Shown in pieces: positions 49,914 to 59,140 of a stretch of DNA of 64,000 bases. The stretch's first letter is position 1. The number at the start of each line of letters is the position of its first letter. Origin of the DNA: an uncultured delta proteobacterium. GTDB lineage: Bacteria; Desulfobacterota; Binatia; Binatales; Binataceae. The notes under the pieces were generated by a model. The model ran no database searches. It was not told where the DNA came from and saw only the letters and a program-made list of their open reading frames with translations. The stretch lies in assembly GCA_963724765.1 (NCBI GenBank), contig CAVRVY010000003.1:992001-1056000 (forward strand), given 5' to 3'. The position numbers and the translations under genes are program-made.

Positions 49914-50687
49914 ATGGGTATCGCGGACGGCAAGCGCGCGCTGGTAGTCGGCGTCGCCAACGACAAAAGTCTCGCCTGGGCGATCGCGCAGGAACTCAAA
50001 GCGCAGGGCGCGGAGATCGCGCTCACTTACCAGGGCGAGGTGCTGGAGAAGCGCGTACGCCCGCTCGCCGAATCGATCGGCGCGCTGGTGGTCGGCGAGC
50101 TCGATGTCACCAACGACATTCAGATCGGGCTCACGATGGCGGAGCTGCGCGAGCTCTGGGGCGGACTCGACATGCTGGTCCACGCGGTCGCCTTTGCCGA
50201 TCGCGAAGATCTGCGCGACCGCTTTCTGACCGTGAGCCGCGGCAACTTCGCCAAGGCGCTGGAGATAAGCGCATACTCGCTGGTGGCGCTGGCGCGCGCG
50301 GCCGAACCGTTGATGGAAGCGCGCGGCGGCGGCTCGGTACTGACACTTAGCTACCTTGGCGCGGTGCGCGCGGTGCCCAACTACAACGTGATGGGGGTGG
50401 CCAAGGCGGCTCTGGAAGCCTGCGTACGCTATCTCGCGGTCGATCTCGGGCCGAAAAACATCCGCGTCAACGCGCTCAGCGCCGCGCCCGCGCGCACGCT
50501 CTCGTCCTCGGCCATCCGCGACTTTTTCACCATGGCGCATGAAGTCGAGGAACGCTCGCCGATGCGCCGCGGGATGAAGACCGAGGAGGTCGGCAAGATG
50601 GCCGCCGTTATGCTGAGCGATCTTTCCAGCGGCGTCACTGGCCAGACCGTCTACGTCGACGTCGGCTACAGTATCGTGGGCCTGTAA
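49914..50687 (+). CDS. fabI: Enoyl-ACP reductase
   Basis: GVANDKSLAW, ISAYSL, YNVMGVAKAALE, VDVG. Confidence 0.93.
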   Translation: MGIADGKRALVVGVANDKSLAWAIAQELKAQGAEIALTYQGEVLEKRVRPLAESIGALVVGELDVTNDIQIGLTMAELRELWGGLDMLVHAVAFADREDLRDRFLTVSRGNFAKALEISAYSLVALARAAEPLMEARGGGSVLTLSYLGAVRAVPNYNVMGVAKAALEACVRYLAVDLGPKNIRVNALSAAPARTLSSSAIRDFFTMAHEVEERSPMRRGMKTEEVGKMAAVMLSDLSSGVTGQTVYVDVGYSIVGL

Positions 50688-50743
50688 ACGCCGCCGCAAG
50701 CGCGTCGGCGCGAACATAAATTTTTAGAAGGAGTAGTAGGGCG

Positions 50744-51520
50744 ATGGCGATTATTGCAGTGCCCCAGCTCACGGACAATTACGCCTACCTGGTGATCAAC
50801 GGCGCGAGCAAACAGTGCGGCGTGGTCGACTGCTCCGAGGCGGACAAGGTGCTGGCCGAGGTAGGCCGGCGCGGGCTCAAGCTGGTGGCCGTGCTGCCGA
50901 CGCATTGGCATGCCGACCACGTCGGCGGCAACCAGGCCCTGGTGCGCGCAGTCCCCGGAGTGCGGGTTTATGGCGCGCGCGGCGAGGAGGGGCGGATTCC
51001 GGCGATGACCGACGAGGTCGATAACGGCGACGAAGTCGCGGTGGGACCGATTCGCGGGCGCGTGATTGGAATCCCCGCCCACACCAGCGGCCATATCGCC
51101 TACTATTTCCCCGCGCTCAAGGCGGTGTTCACCGGCGACACGTTGTTCATCGCCGGATGCGGCCGGGTGTTCGAGGGCAAGGCCGACACGATGGTGGCCT
51201 CGCTCGGCAGGCTCGCCGCGCTGCCCGACGACACGCAGGTCTACTGCGGCCACGAGTATACGGAGAAGAATTTGCAATTCGCGCTGACGCTCGAGCCCAA
51301 CAACGCGGCGCTCAAATCTAAGTACGAGTGGACGCGCAAGACGCGGGCCGAGGGCAAGTTTACGATTCCCTCGACTATCGGCGACGAGAAGCGCTTCAAC
51401 CCGTTCCTGCGCACCGATAGCGCGGAGTTGCGCGCAAGCCTCAGGAAGATCGACCCGTCAGTGGGCGACGAGCCGGTCGCTATTTTCGCCAAGACCCGTG
51501 AATTGAAAGATCGGTTCTGA
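50744..51520 (+). CDS. gloB: Hydroxyacylglutathione hydrolase
   Basis: DNYAYL, THWHADHVGG, HTSGH, GDTLF..GCGR, CGHEYT, NPFLR. Confidence 0.93.
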   Translation: MAIIAVPQLTDNYAYLVINGASKQCGVVDCSEADKVLAEVGRRGLKLVAVLPTHWHADHVGGNQALVRAVPGVRVYGARGEEGRIPAMTDEVDNGDEVAVGPIRGRVIGIPAHTSGHIAYYFPALKAVFTGDTLFIAGCGRVFEGKADTMVASLGRLAALPDDTQVYCGHEYTEKNLQFALTLEPNNAALKSKYEWTRKTRAEGKFTIPSTIGDEKRFNPFLRTDSAELRASLRKIDPSVGDEPVAIFAKTRELKDRF

Positions 51521-51806
51521 CGCGCGCGGAAATCTCAAAGTCCGATCCTACTCTCAGTAATAATGTGCGCCAGCAAGACGGCTGGCTCGCTGCCCGGCCG
51601 GCGTCCCTTGCGGAGTCGCCGAAGAGCGCACCGGCGATGGGAACGGCTCAGCTCGATGCGCACGGCGGCGGCGTGGCGCATGACTGGGCCCCAGATACTC
51701 GTGCTACGCAGTCAAAGCGATAAATAAGCGAAAGCGAACTGCGCTCGCGATTGCTATGTGCAGAGAAAAAGAGCGCGATATGGATGTAATAAGGATAATA
51801 AAACCA

Positions 51807-51835
51807 TTGACATTTTTCGATCTTGGATTTAACCT
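51807..51835 (+). promoter_or_regulatory. Sigma70-type promoter of the Flp pilin gene
   Basis: TTGACA-N17-TAACCT with an AT-rich upstream element. Confidence 0.7.
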
Positions 51836-51887
51836 CCAAGTCATCAGCGTTTAAACGGTTGCGCCTTTAACCGAGGAGAATGTGCTT

Positions 51888-52079
51888 ATGGGATCTGCCC
51901 AGGTACTTTTCATTCGTGCTAGGGAGGCGGTGGCTCGTCGCCTTGGCGGACAGACCATGGTCGAGTACGCCATGATCATCGCTTGCATCGGTGTCGTCGC
52001 TTGGGGCGCCTACAACCTAATGGGGCATGACATCGGTTCGCTGGCGAGCGGAATCGATTCGGATTTGACCAGCGCATAA
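51888..52079 (+). CDS. flp: Flp/type IVb pilin
   Basis: Prepilin motif G|QTMVEY followed by a hydrophobic helix; GAGGAG RBS. Confidence 0.88.
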   Translation: MGSAQVLFIRAREAVARRLGGQTMVEYAMIIACIGVVAWGAYNLMGHDIGSLASGIDSDLTSA

Positions 52080-52178
52080 CGTACGCGGGTCAGCCGCTCA
52101 CGCATGCGCTTGCGTCGCATGCACAACTTGTTTGGCTGACGGGCTCGGCGACCGCGCGAACCGCTGCCGGACAGAGTC

Positions 52179-52206
52179 AAAAACCCGCCCGATGGGGCGG
52201 GTTTTT
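52179..52206. terminator. Bidirectional Rho-independent terminator
   Basis: AAAAACCCGCCC-GATG-GGGCGGGTTTTT. Confidence 0.88.
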
Positions 52207-52356
52207 GCTTTGGCGAAGCGGCTAAAATGAAACGATTTTACGTCGAAATCCGCTTAATTATGGCTGCTTCTATTAAAAAGTTCGTGACCGAATAATACTA
52301 GCTCCCAGTGCACGAGCGCGCCTTGTCCTTGATGCTGTACCGCCGATCGAAGGGTC

Positions 52357-53475
52357 CTAAGGGTTGGCGGCCGGCGCGTGCCCGAGCTGGTCAGCGTCAA
52401 GGCCTTGGAAGTGTGGCAGCACCTCTTCCGCCATCAGGCGCATCGACTTGAACCACGGCTCGGGATCGTCAGCGTAATCGAAGGTGAAGTGCAGTAGCGT
52501 GCCGAAGCCGCCGAGCTCCTTGTACATCTGCGAGAGCTTGTCGCGCACCGTGCGCGGCGATCCGACCAGCCATCCGTGGTCGGCCAGGTACTCGGGTGTG
52601 ACCGCGTCGTCGCGCACCGAGGGGTCATGCTTGAGATACTTGGTGAACTGAAAATCCGCCATGAGCGGCAGCAGGTACTCGCGCATCATGCGGCCCATCA
52701 TGCTGCCGACGCAGTTGCGATGGGCCTCCTCATCGGTGTCGGCGACGAAAATCTCGCGCACGATTCGCCAGTCATGCCGGCTCGGCCGCCGTCCGCCGCG
52801 CCGCGCGCCTTCGAGCACCGCATCCCAATGCGTGGCGACGTAGCCCGGACTCATGTTGAGGCTGAGCGGCATGAAACCATGCTCGCCGGCGAGCTTGAGC
52901 GTTTCCGAGCCGGGGTTGAGGCCGGCGATTCCGATCGGCGGATGCGGCTGCTGCAGCGGCCGCAAATGATGGCCCAGCGTGCGGAACATCGGCCCCGGCA
53001 CGTTCACGCTCCAGAACTTGCCCTTGTACTCGACGCCGTCGCTGTCGCGCTCCCATACCTTGAGCATGATCTCGAGCGCCTCGCGCGTCATGTCGCGGTT
53101 GACGCCCTTCATGCCGTCGACGCAGAACAACTGCCAGTCGCTCGGCAGGCCGCCGGCGCCGATGCCGAGCATGTAGCGGCCTTCAGCGAGATGGTCCATG
53201 TAGGCGACGCGGCAGGCGAGCTCGGCCGGATGATGGTACGGCAGAAGGTGGGCGCCGGGCGCGAGCTTGATCTGGCGCGTCTGGTTGAGCGCCTGCGCGA
53301 TTAGCAGGTCGGGCGCGGGATTGGGCTCCCATCGCGAGGTGAAGTGCTCGCCGATCCACGCCTCGCTATAACCCAGGCGGTCGGCTTCGCGCAGCACGGC
53401 GAGGTCCCATTGTTGTCCGGCCAGCAGGCCGCGCTCCGGCGGATGCGACGGCATCAAAAAAAGTCCCAGTTGCAT
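52357..53475 (-). CDS. LLM-class flavin-dependent monooxygenase
   Basis: MQLGLFLMPSHPP, EAWIGEH, LPYHHP, DH...GR; ATG at 53475. Confidence 0.9.
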   Translation of the reverse strand: MQLGLFLMPSHPPERGLLAGQQWDLAVLREADRLGYSEAWIGEHFTSRWEPNPAPDLLIAQALNQTRQIKLAPGAHLLPYHHPAELACRVAYMDHLAEGRYMLGIGAGGLPSDWQLFCVDGMKGVNRDMTREALEIMLKVWERDSDGVEYKGKFWSVNVPGPMFRTLGHHLRPLQQPHPPIGIAGLNPGSETLKLAGEHGFMPLSLNMSPGYVATHWDAVLEGARRGGRRPSRHDWRIVREIFVADTDEEAHRNCVGSMMGRMMREYLLPLMADFQFTKYLKHDPSVRDDAVTPEYLADHGWLVGSPRTVRDKLSQMYKELGGFGTLLHFTFDYADDPEPWFKSMRLMAEEVLPHFQGLDADQLGHAPAANP

Positions 53476-53516
53476 ACCATCTCCTGTATCGGCGCCCGGC
53501 TTGGCGCGCACCCGCC

Positions 53517-53831
53517 CTACTTCAGTCCCGAGAATTCCGCCGGTGTCATGATCTTGTTGCTCTGGCTGACCACCAGCGCGCGCAGCTTGGGCACGATCGC
53601 CGCGCGGCGCGGATCGCGTCCCCAGGCGGACCACTTCTGCTGGCGCTCGTTCAGATCGTTGAAGGCCCACAGATGAACCAGCTCGTTGAGCGGTCCGATG
53701 TCCGTCGACCAGTAGCCGAGTGGCTTGAGTCCGTGCTCGGCCAGGATCGGCAAGAGCTCCTCCTTGGTGATCTGGATGTACTGCGGCGCACCGCCCAGCA
53801 CCAACGTGTAAGTCCGAAGTTCGTAGATCAT
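53517..53831 (-). CDS. NIPSNAP-family protein
   Basis: MIYELRTY...GYW.TDIGPLN..VHLW. Confidence 0.9.
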   Translation of the reverse strand: MIYELRTYTLVLGGAPQYIQITKEELLPILAEHGLKPLGYWSTDIGPLNELVHLWAFNDLNERQQKWSAWGRDPRRAAIVPKLRALVVSQSNKIMTPAEFSGLK

Positions 53832-53872
53832 CGCGCACCTCTTCCCTTCTTATATCAGCCCTTGTCCTTATG

Positions 53873-54703
53873 TCAGCCTTTGCCGCCGGCGCCTTTGGCC
53901 CCGGGCCATGACATCGCCGCCGCCAGGCCTTCGAGCGCGAGCCCATGGCCGAGGTCGTCGAGCATCAGGCGCTTGAGCTGCTGGGTTATGGCGACGCGCG
54001 CGTAGCGCACCGTTAGCGGCGGCTTGGCGACGACTAGCTGCGCCAGTTCCCAGGCGCGCGCGACCAGGCGCTCGCGAGGCACGACCTCGCTCACCACGCC
54101 CAATTCCAGCGCCTCGCGCGCCGAGAGCTTTTGTCCTGTTAGCAAAAAGTAGCGGCCGCGATTGGGTCCCAGCACCAGCGGCCATACCACGTGCACGCCG
54201 TCGCCCGGCACGATGCCGTTGGGAAAGTGCGGCGCGTCCTGAAACGCCGCGTTCTCCGAGGCGATCACGATGTCGCACAGCACGGCCAGCTCGGCATGGA
54301 TCAGCGCCGGGCCGTTAACCGCCGCGATAATCGGCACCTCGATGTTGAGATGGTTCATCAGGAGGTACTTGCCGTCGTTATAGATGTGATCCCAGGTCGT
54401 GGTGCGGACGCCCGCGTGCGGCGGCGGTGCGGGCTCGCCGCTGGGGGTCTTGCCCACCGGAGCGCCGCGGCCGCCGCCATGGTCGACCTCGGCGCAAAAC
54501 GCGTCGCCGGTGCCGGTGATGATGACGCAGCGGTTTCCGTGGTCGCGCGCGACGTCGTAAAATGCGTACGACAGCTCCTCGTGCGGCGGCCCGCCCCACC
54601 TTAGCGGGCCGTCCTCGCTGTGCAGCGTCATCTGAACAATGCCGTCGCGGCGTTCCATCGTGACGTGCTTGTACTTGTTCTGGTACTCCTCGAACTTGCT
54701 CAT
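53873..54703 (-). CDS. Enoyl-CoA hydratase/isomerase (crotonase) family
   Basis: ITGTGDAFC, PIIAAVNG, GIVPGDG, SAREALELG. Confidence 0.9.
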   Translation of the reverse strand: MSKFEEYQNKYKHVTMERRDGIVQMTLHSEDGPLRWGGPPHEELSYAFYDVARDHGNRCVIITGTGDAFCAEVDHGGGRGAPVGKTPSGEPAPPPHAGVRTTTWDHIYNDGKYLLMNHLNIEVPIIAAVNGPALIHAELAVLCDIVIASENAAFQDAPHFPNGIVPGDGVHVVWPLVLGPNRGRYFLLTGQKLSAREALELGVVSEVVPRERLVARAWELAQLVVAKPPLTVRYARVAITQQLKRLMLDDLGHGLALEGLAAAMSWPGAKGAGGKG

Positions 54704-54865
54704 CCCGGTGCCTCTCCTGTTGCTCGCTCGTCGTGCGGACGCGAATCGATGGGCCGCATCCTACTAAACTGCGAGCCGCACGGTTAGCGGCGCGGCCTTG
54801 CCAGCGGCGCGGGTTGGAAGCAGAGTAGGAACGCCTTAGAGCCACGCATCTCAGGTAAGAGGGCC

Positions 54866-55744
54866 ATGAACACCGGACGGCGCGAGCGCATCATCGACGA
54901 GCAACAGGCCGCGGCCTGGATCGAAGACGGGATGACCGTTGCGATCGGCGAGCCCGCGCCGATGGCGCTGGTGCGCCGGATCATCCGGCGCGGCGTGCGC
55001 AATCTGACCGTCGTGGCCAGCGGTTTCGCGCTCGATATGCTGATCGCGACCGGATGCGTGCGCAAGACCGTGAGCTACTACTCCGGCGGCGGTCCGGGCA
55101 TTCCCGTATTGCCGTCGTTTCGGCGCGCGGCCGAGCGCGGCGAAATCGAAGTCTGGGAATGCGAAGAGGGCATCCTGTGCGCCGGGCTGCAGGCCGCGGC
55201 GCAGATGCTGCCGTTCATGCCGTGGCGCGGCGGCCTCGGCACCTCGCTGCCGCAGATAAATCCCGACCTCAAACTGTTCCGCGATCCGATTGGCGGCGAA
55301 GAATTGATTGCCGTGCCGCCGATCAAGCCGGACCTGACGCTGCTGCACGCGGCGGCCGCCGACGCCTATGGCAACGTGCGTCATCTCGGGGGCCCCGGAT
55401 GGCTCGACCTGTTCCAATACCGCGCCGCCGACCGCACCATCGTGCAGGTCGAGCAGGTGATCGCCAACGAGGAAATCCGCGCTGACCCGTGGGCGACGAC
55501 CATCGCCGCCGCCGACGCGATCGTGCGCGCGCCCTTCGGCGCGCATCCGTTTTATAGCCGCGGCTTTTACATCACCGACGGCCCGCATCTGCACGCCTAC
55601 CTGCGGGCCGCCGAAAAAGGCGCCGGCGGCGACCGCGCCGCGCTCGAAGACTACCTGGACCGTCACTGCCACAAGCCTGAGGGCCTCGCGGACTATCTCG
55701 AAACGATCGGCATGAAGCGGCTGCTCGAGTTGCACGAATACTGA
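54866..55744 (+). CDS. Family I CoA-transferase subunit A (GctA/IpdA-like)
   Basis: IEDGMTVAIG, PMALVR.I, LPFMP.RG..G, AD.YGN, PFGAHP. Confidence 0.88.
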   Translation: MNTGRRERIIDEQQAAAWIEDGMTVAIGEPAPMALVRRIIRRGVRNLTVVASGFALDMLIATGCVRKTVSYYSGGGPGIPVLPSFRRAAERGEIEVWECEEGILCAGLQAAAQMLPFMPWRGGLGTSLPQINPDLKLFRDPIGGEELIAVPPIKPDLTLLHAAAADAYGNVRHLGGPGWLDLFQYRAADRTIVQVEQVIANEEIRADPWATTIAAADAIVRAPFGAHPFYSRGFYITDGPHLHAYLRAAEKGAGGDRAALEDYLDRHCHKPEGLADYLETIGMKRLLELHEY

Positions 55745-55789
55745 TCGCGAATTTCGGTCCCGAACTCCGATTCAAGGAGCCGCACGCGC

Positions 55790-56413
55790 GTGGCGGAAGA
55801 AAAAAAATACTCGGGCAGGCTGATGGCATTGCTCGCATTCCTGCCCTGGCTGGTCTACATCTTCGCCTCCGGCGGCAACCACTGGGGCGTGGCGACGGCC
55901 GGCGGCACGGTCATGTGCCTGGTCTATCTCGCGGTGCGGCGTCGGCAGGACTCGATCAAGCTGATGGACTGGACGACGCTGGCCTATTTCGTCACCGCAT
56001 CGATCCTGATGATCGGCCTGCACTCGACGGCCCTTCCGGCCTACCAGATGATGGTCATCTGGTCGTTCTATGCAATCGCCGGATGGGCATCGGTCGTTCT
56101 GGGAAGGCCGTTCACCGCCGCCTATGCGCGCGAGGAACAACCGCCCGAAGTCTGGGACCTCCCGATCTTTCATCGGCTCAACTGGATTATGACGCTTTTT
56201 TGGTGTGGTCTGTTCAGCGTCAACGTCGGCTTCGGCGTGATCGCCGCGATGGTCGGCGGTAACCTGGGCAGGCTGGTGGCGGGATTCTTGATCCCGACTG
56301 GATTGCTGATCTACGGCTTCGTTTTCACCATGCGCTTCCCGATGCGCTACGTGGCGCGCGTCAATGCCAGTGGCGCGCCCGGCGAAAGCGCCGATAGCAC
56401 ATCGACCGCATAA
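55790..56413 (+). CDS. Hypothetical multi-TM membrane protein
   Basis: About six hydrophobic segments; GRPFT..YARE..P...W..P.F...N motif. Confidence 0.75.
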   Translation: MAEEKKYSGRLMALLAFLPWLVYIFASGGNHWGVATAGGTVMCLVYLAVRRRQDSIKLMDWTTLAYFVTASILMIGLHSTALPAYQMMVIWSFYAIAGWASVVLGRPFTAAYAREEQPPEVWDLPIFHRLNWIMTLFWCGLFSVNVGFGVIAAMVGGNLGRLVAGFLIPTGLLIYGFVFTMRFPMRYVARVNASGAPGESADSTSTA

Positions 56414-56472
56414 CGCGTGCGCCGGATCGAACGGAGCATCAGGCAGCATCACGGATCAGTCGCGAGGACAGC

Positions 56473-57279
56473 ATGGCGAGCGAATATGGCGTGCACGACG
56501 AATACGGCGTTCAGGAATTGATGGCGGTGTTCCTCGCGCGCGACCTCAACGACGGCGAGCTTTTGCGCGTCGGCGTCGCGATGCCGGTGGCCGAGGCGGC
56601 GGTGCGCCTGGCCCATCTGACTCACGGCCCCAACATGGAACTGGTTTTTCTCGGCGGGCGGATGAACGTCGCCGACCTCGAAACCATTCCGATGCCCGCG
56701 TTCGGATGGGACCGGCGGGTGGTGCGCTGGACCGAGTCGTATAGTGACACCGGCCATCGTTTCGACCGGCTCAAGGACTGGAGCAACCACGTCTTCTTCA
56801 TCGGCGGCGTCCAGGTCGACCGCTTCGGCAACACCAATCTTATCGGTATCGGCTCCGATTACCGTCATCTCAAGTTCCGCGGACCCGGCTCGGTCGGCAC
56901 GCCGACGCTCAGCACCCATGTCGGCCGCTACTACATCGTGCTCAACAGCCACAGCCCGCGCCTGCTGGTCGAGCGCTGCGACTATATCAGCGCCTACGGA
57001 TGGGGCAGCGGCGGCGCCGATGCGCGCCGCAAGCTGGGACTTCCGGGCGGCGGCCCAAAGTACGTCGTGACGCCGCTATGCGTGATGGACTTCGAGGAGG
57101 AGACGCGGCGGATGCGCTTGCGCTCGCTCCATCCGGGCGTCAGCGCCGCGGCGGTGCGTGAGAGCACCGGATTCGAGTTGGTGATTCCGCCGTCGGTGCC
57201 GACGACGGAGCCGCCGACCGCCGAGGAGTTGCGCGTTTTGCGCTCGCGCGTCGACACGGCCGGCCGCCTGCGCCGTTAG
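56473..57279 (+). CDS. Family I CoA-transferase subunit B (GctB/IpdB-like)
   Basis: QVDRFGNTN, VVTPLCVMDF, SLHPGV, TGFEL, PTAEEL. Confidence 0.88.
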   Translation: MASEYGVHDEYGVQELMAVFLARDLNDGELLRVGVAMPVAEAAVRLAHLTHGPNMELVFLGGRMNVADLETIPMPAFGWDRRVVRWTESYSDTGHRFDRLKDWSNHVFFIGGVQVDRFGNTNLIGIGSDYRHLKFRGPGSVGTPTLSTHVGRYYIVLNSHSPRLLVERCDYISAYGWGSGGADARRKLGLPGGGPKYVVTPLCVMDFEEETRRMRLRSLHPGVSAAAVRESTGFELVIPPSVPTTEPPTAEELRVLRSRVDTAGRLRR

Positions 57280-57286
57280 GCTTCGA

Positions 57287-57372
57287 CTAATTCCCTCCAC
57301 CAATTGTTTTGGGGGAGGTTTCGGGTGGGGATCTATAGACGTTCTGAATGTCTCTGAGAACCGCCTCTTCCG
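57287..57372 (-). repeat. Dispersed two-hairpin intergenic repeat, copy 2 (inverted, more degenerate)
   Basis: Reverse complement CGGAAGAGGCGGTTCTCAGAGACATTCAGAAC...CCTCCCCCAAAACAATTGGTGGAGG aligns with 47819-47905. Confidence 0.75.
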
Positions 57373-57424
57373 CATTAGCATCTCGCGCTTCGGCGCTCTC
57401 ACGACGGAGAACACTCGCCTCAAC

Positions 57425-58195
57425 CTACTCCGGCAAGCCTCCAACGCGCGAAAAGACTGCGTGCCAGTTCGCACGGAACCACGGAGTACCATCGCGCCGG
57501 CCGAATACCTGTCCGCGTACCAGCATCGCGCCGCCGCCCTGGATGTCGCAGTCCAGGATGGTTTCTTCGTCGACCGCGAACGTTTGGCTGCCGAAGTGGC
57601 GATGGACGTAAAATTCTTCGAAGTGCAACAGTGCGCGCATCCGCGCCGCGTCGCGGCCATCAGTCGAAACAAGATCCATCCGCCCAATGGGATTGATGAT
57701 TTTCGTGTTGCGCTCCATGCCGACCTGGCTGAATGTCAGCTCGAACGGCCCGCTCCCGACGCGCTGGTAACAGATGCGATAAGTCTTCGCTGTCCAGGGA
57801 CCGACATTGGGCGCGCCAGGCATCCGCTGGATTGAATCGAGGTAGCTGATTTCTCCCTGCCAGCATCCGCGGAATATGGCCGGCAGAATCGGCTTAGCGT
57901 TCAGCATCGATGCCGGCGGTGGCGGTAGTGGCGAAGGCGAAGGGGCTTGCGGTGGCGGCAACTGTGGCTCGGGAGTCGGCGGCGACGGCGTGGGGGTAAT
58001 CGCGGACGGGATTTCCTCGAGCTGCTGGGAGGGCGGCAACGGCGGCCGTGCGGTCGGCGCCGGGCGCGGGCGGAAACTCGGTTGCGACTGCGGCACTGGC
58101 GGCGGCACTTCCAGCGACTGCTGCGCCTGCGACGCTCGCGGCGCCAACATCAACACTACCGTCGCGAGCACTACCAGCCCGGCCCCCCGCCCCAT
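57425..58195 (-). CDS. Secreted hypothetical protein with a Pro-rich linker and C-terminal beta domain
   Basis: Signal-like segment ending ASQA, long poly-Pro region, FRGCWQG; start uncertain. Confidence 0.65.
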   Translation of the reverse strand: MGRGAGLVVLATVVLMLAPRASQAQQSLEVPPPVPQSQPSFRPRPAPTARPPLPPSQQLEEIPSAITPTPSPPTPEPQLPPPQAPSPSPLPPPPASMLNAKPILPAIFRGCWQGEISYLDSIQRMPGAPNVGPWTAKTYRICYQRVGSGPFELTFSQVGMERNTKIINPIGRMDLVSTDGRDAARMRALLHFEEFYVHRHFGSQTFAVDEETILDCDIQGGGAMLVRGQVFGRRDGTPWFRANWHAVFSRVGGLPE

Positions 58196-58344
58196 CGCCT
58201 TTGCCGCCTGCAACAAGACTTTCCCGATCTCAATTATCAATGGTACAGCGTTGGTTGGGTAGAGGCTCGCCCGGAGCCGCTCGAATGTCACGCGGACTGG
58301 CGCTCTTTGGCGGCCGGCCGCGATCGCAATGAGGATCGACACAG

Positions 58345-59100
58345 ATGAAACTCAAAGGAAAAGTGGCTCTGATAACCGGGGCCGGATCGGGAATGGGCAA
58401 GGCGACCGCGCTCCTGTTCGCGAGCGAGGGCGCAAAAGTCGCGGCGGCCGATATCAGCGAGGACGCGGTCGAAAGCGTCGCGCGCGAAATCCGTAAAGCC
58501 GGCGGCGAAGCGATCGCAATCGGCGCCGACGTGGCAAAATCCGAGGACGTGCAGCGGATGGCCGCGGCGACGGTCGAGCGCCTGGGGCCGCCCAACGTGC
58601 TCTATAACAACGCCGGCATCGAGGGCGAAACGAACTTCCTCGCCGAGACCAGTGAGGCCGCCTTCGACAAGGTCATCGCGATCAATCTGCGCGGCGTGTT
58701 TCTCGGAATGAAGTACGTGCTGCCGCACATGGTGAAGCTCGGCGCCGGCTCGGTCATCAATCAGGCCTCGATCGCCGGGATGGTCGCGATCCGCGGCAGC
58801 GCGGCCTACTGCGCCTCGAAGGCCGGAGTGATCGCGCTCACACGCGTGGCGGCCTTCGAGTACGGCCGCTACAACATCCGCGTAAATTGCATCTGCCCGG
58901 GCGCGATCGAAACGCCGATGGCCGAGCGGATCAGGCAGGGCGAGCCGCCGCGGCCAAGTTCGGTCAAGCGGATTTCCGTATTCAATCGGATGGGGCTGCC
59001 CGAAGAGATCGCGAAGGTCGCGCTGTTCCTCGCGAGCGACGACGCGTCATTCGCAACCGGCGCGCCGTTCGTGATCGATGCGGGCTGGACGGTGAGCTGA
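58345..59100 (+). CDS. SDR-family oxidoreductase
   Basis: TGAGSGMG, NNAG, YCASK. Confidence 0.93.
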   Translation: MKLKGKVALITGAGSGMGKATALLFASEGAKVAAADISEDAVESVAREIRKAGGEAIAIGADVAKSEDVQRMAAATVERLGPPNVLYNNAGIEGETNFLAETSEAAFDKVIAINLRGVFLGMKYVLPHMVKLGAGSVINQASIAGMVAIRGSAAYCASKAGVIALTRVAAFEYGRYNIRVNCICPGAIETPMAERIRQGEPPRPSSVKRISVFNRMGLPEEIAKVALFLASDDASFATGAPFVIDAGWTVS

Positions 59101-59140
59101 ACCGCCCGGGCGCGATACGGCGTCGCTCAGCCAGCTCAGC

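Noticed and set aside
48942-50717. 591-aa minus-strand ORF, and similar long antisense ORFs (43651-45057, 60940-62394, 14135-15385, 40038-41309)
   Set aside because: Shadow frames opposite well-supported genes, expected in high-GC DNA; no recognisable motifs.
53476-53946. Apparent 157-aa extension or fusion at the N-terminus of the LLM ORF 52357-53946
   Set aside because: The region encodes the NIPSNAP gene in another frame; the LLM has its own RBS and ATG at 53475.
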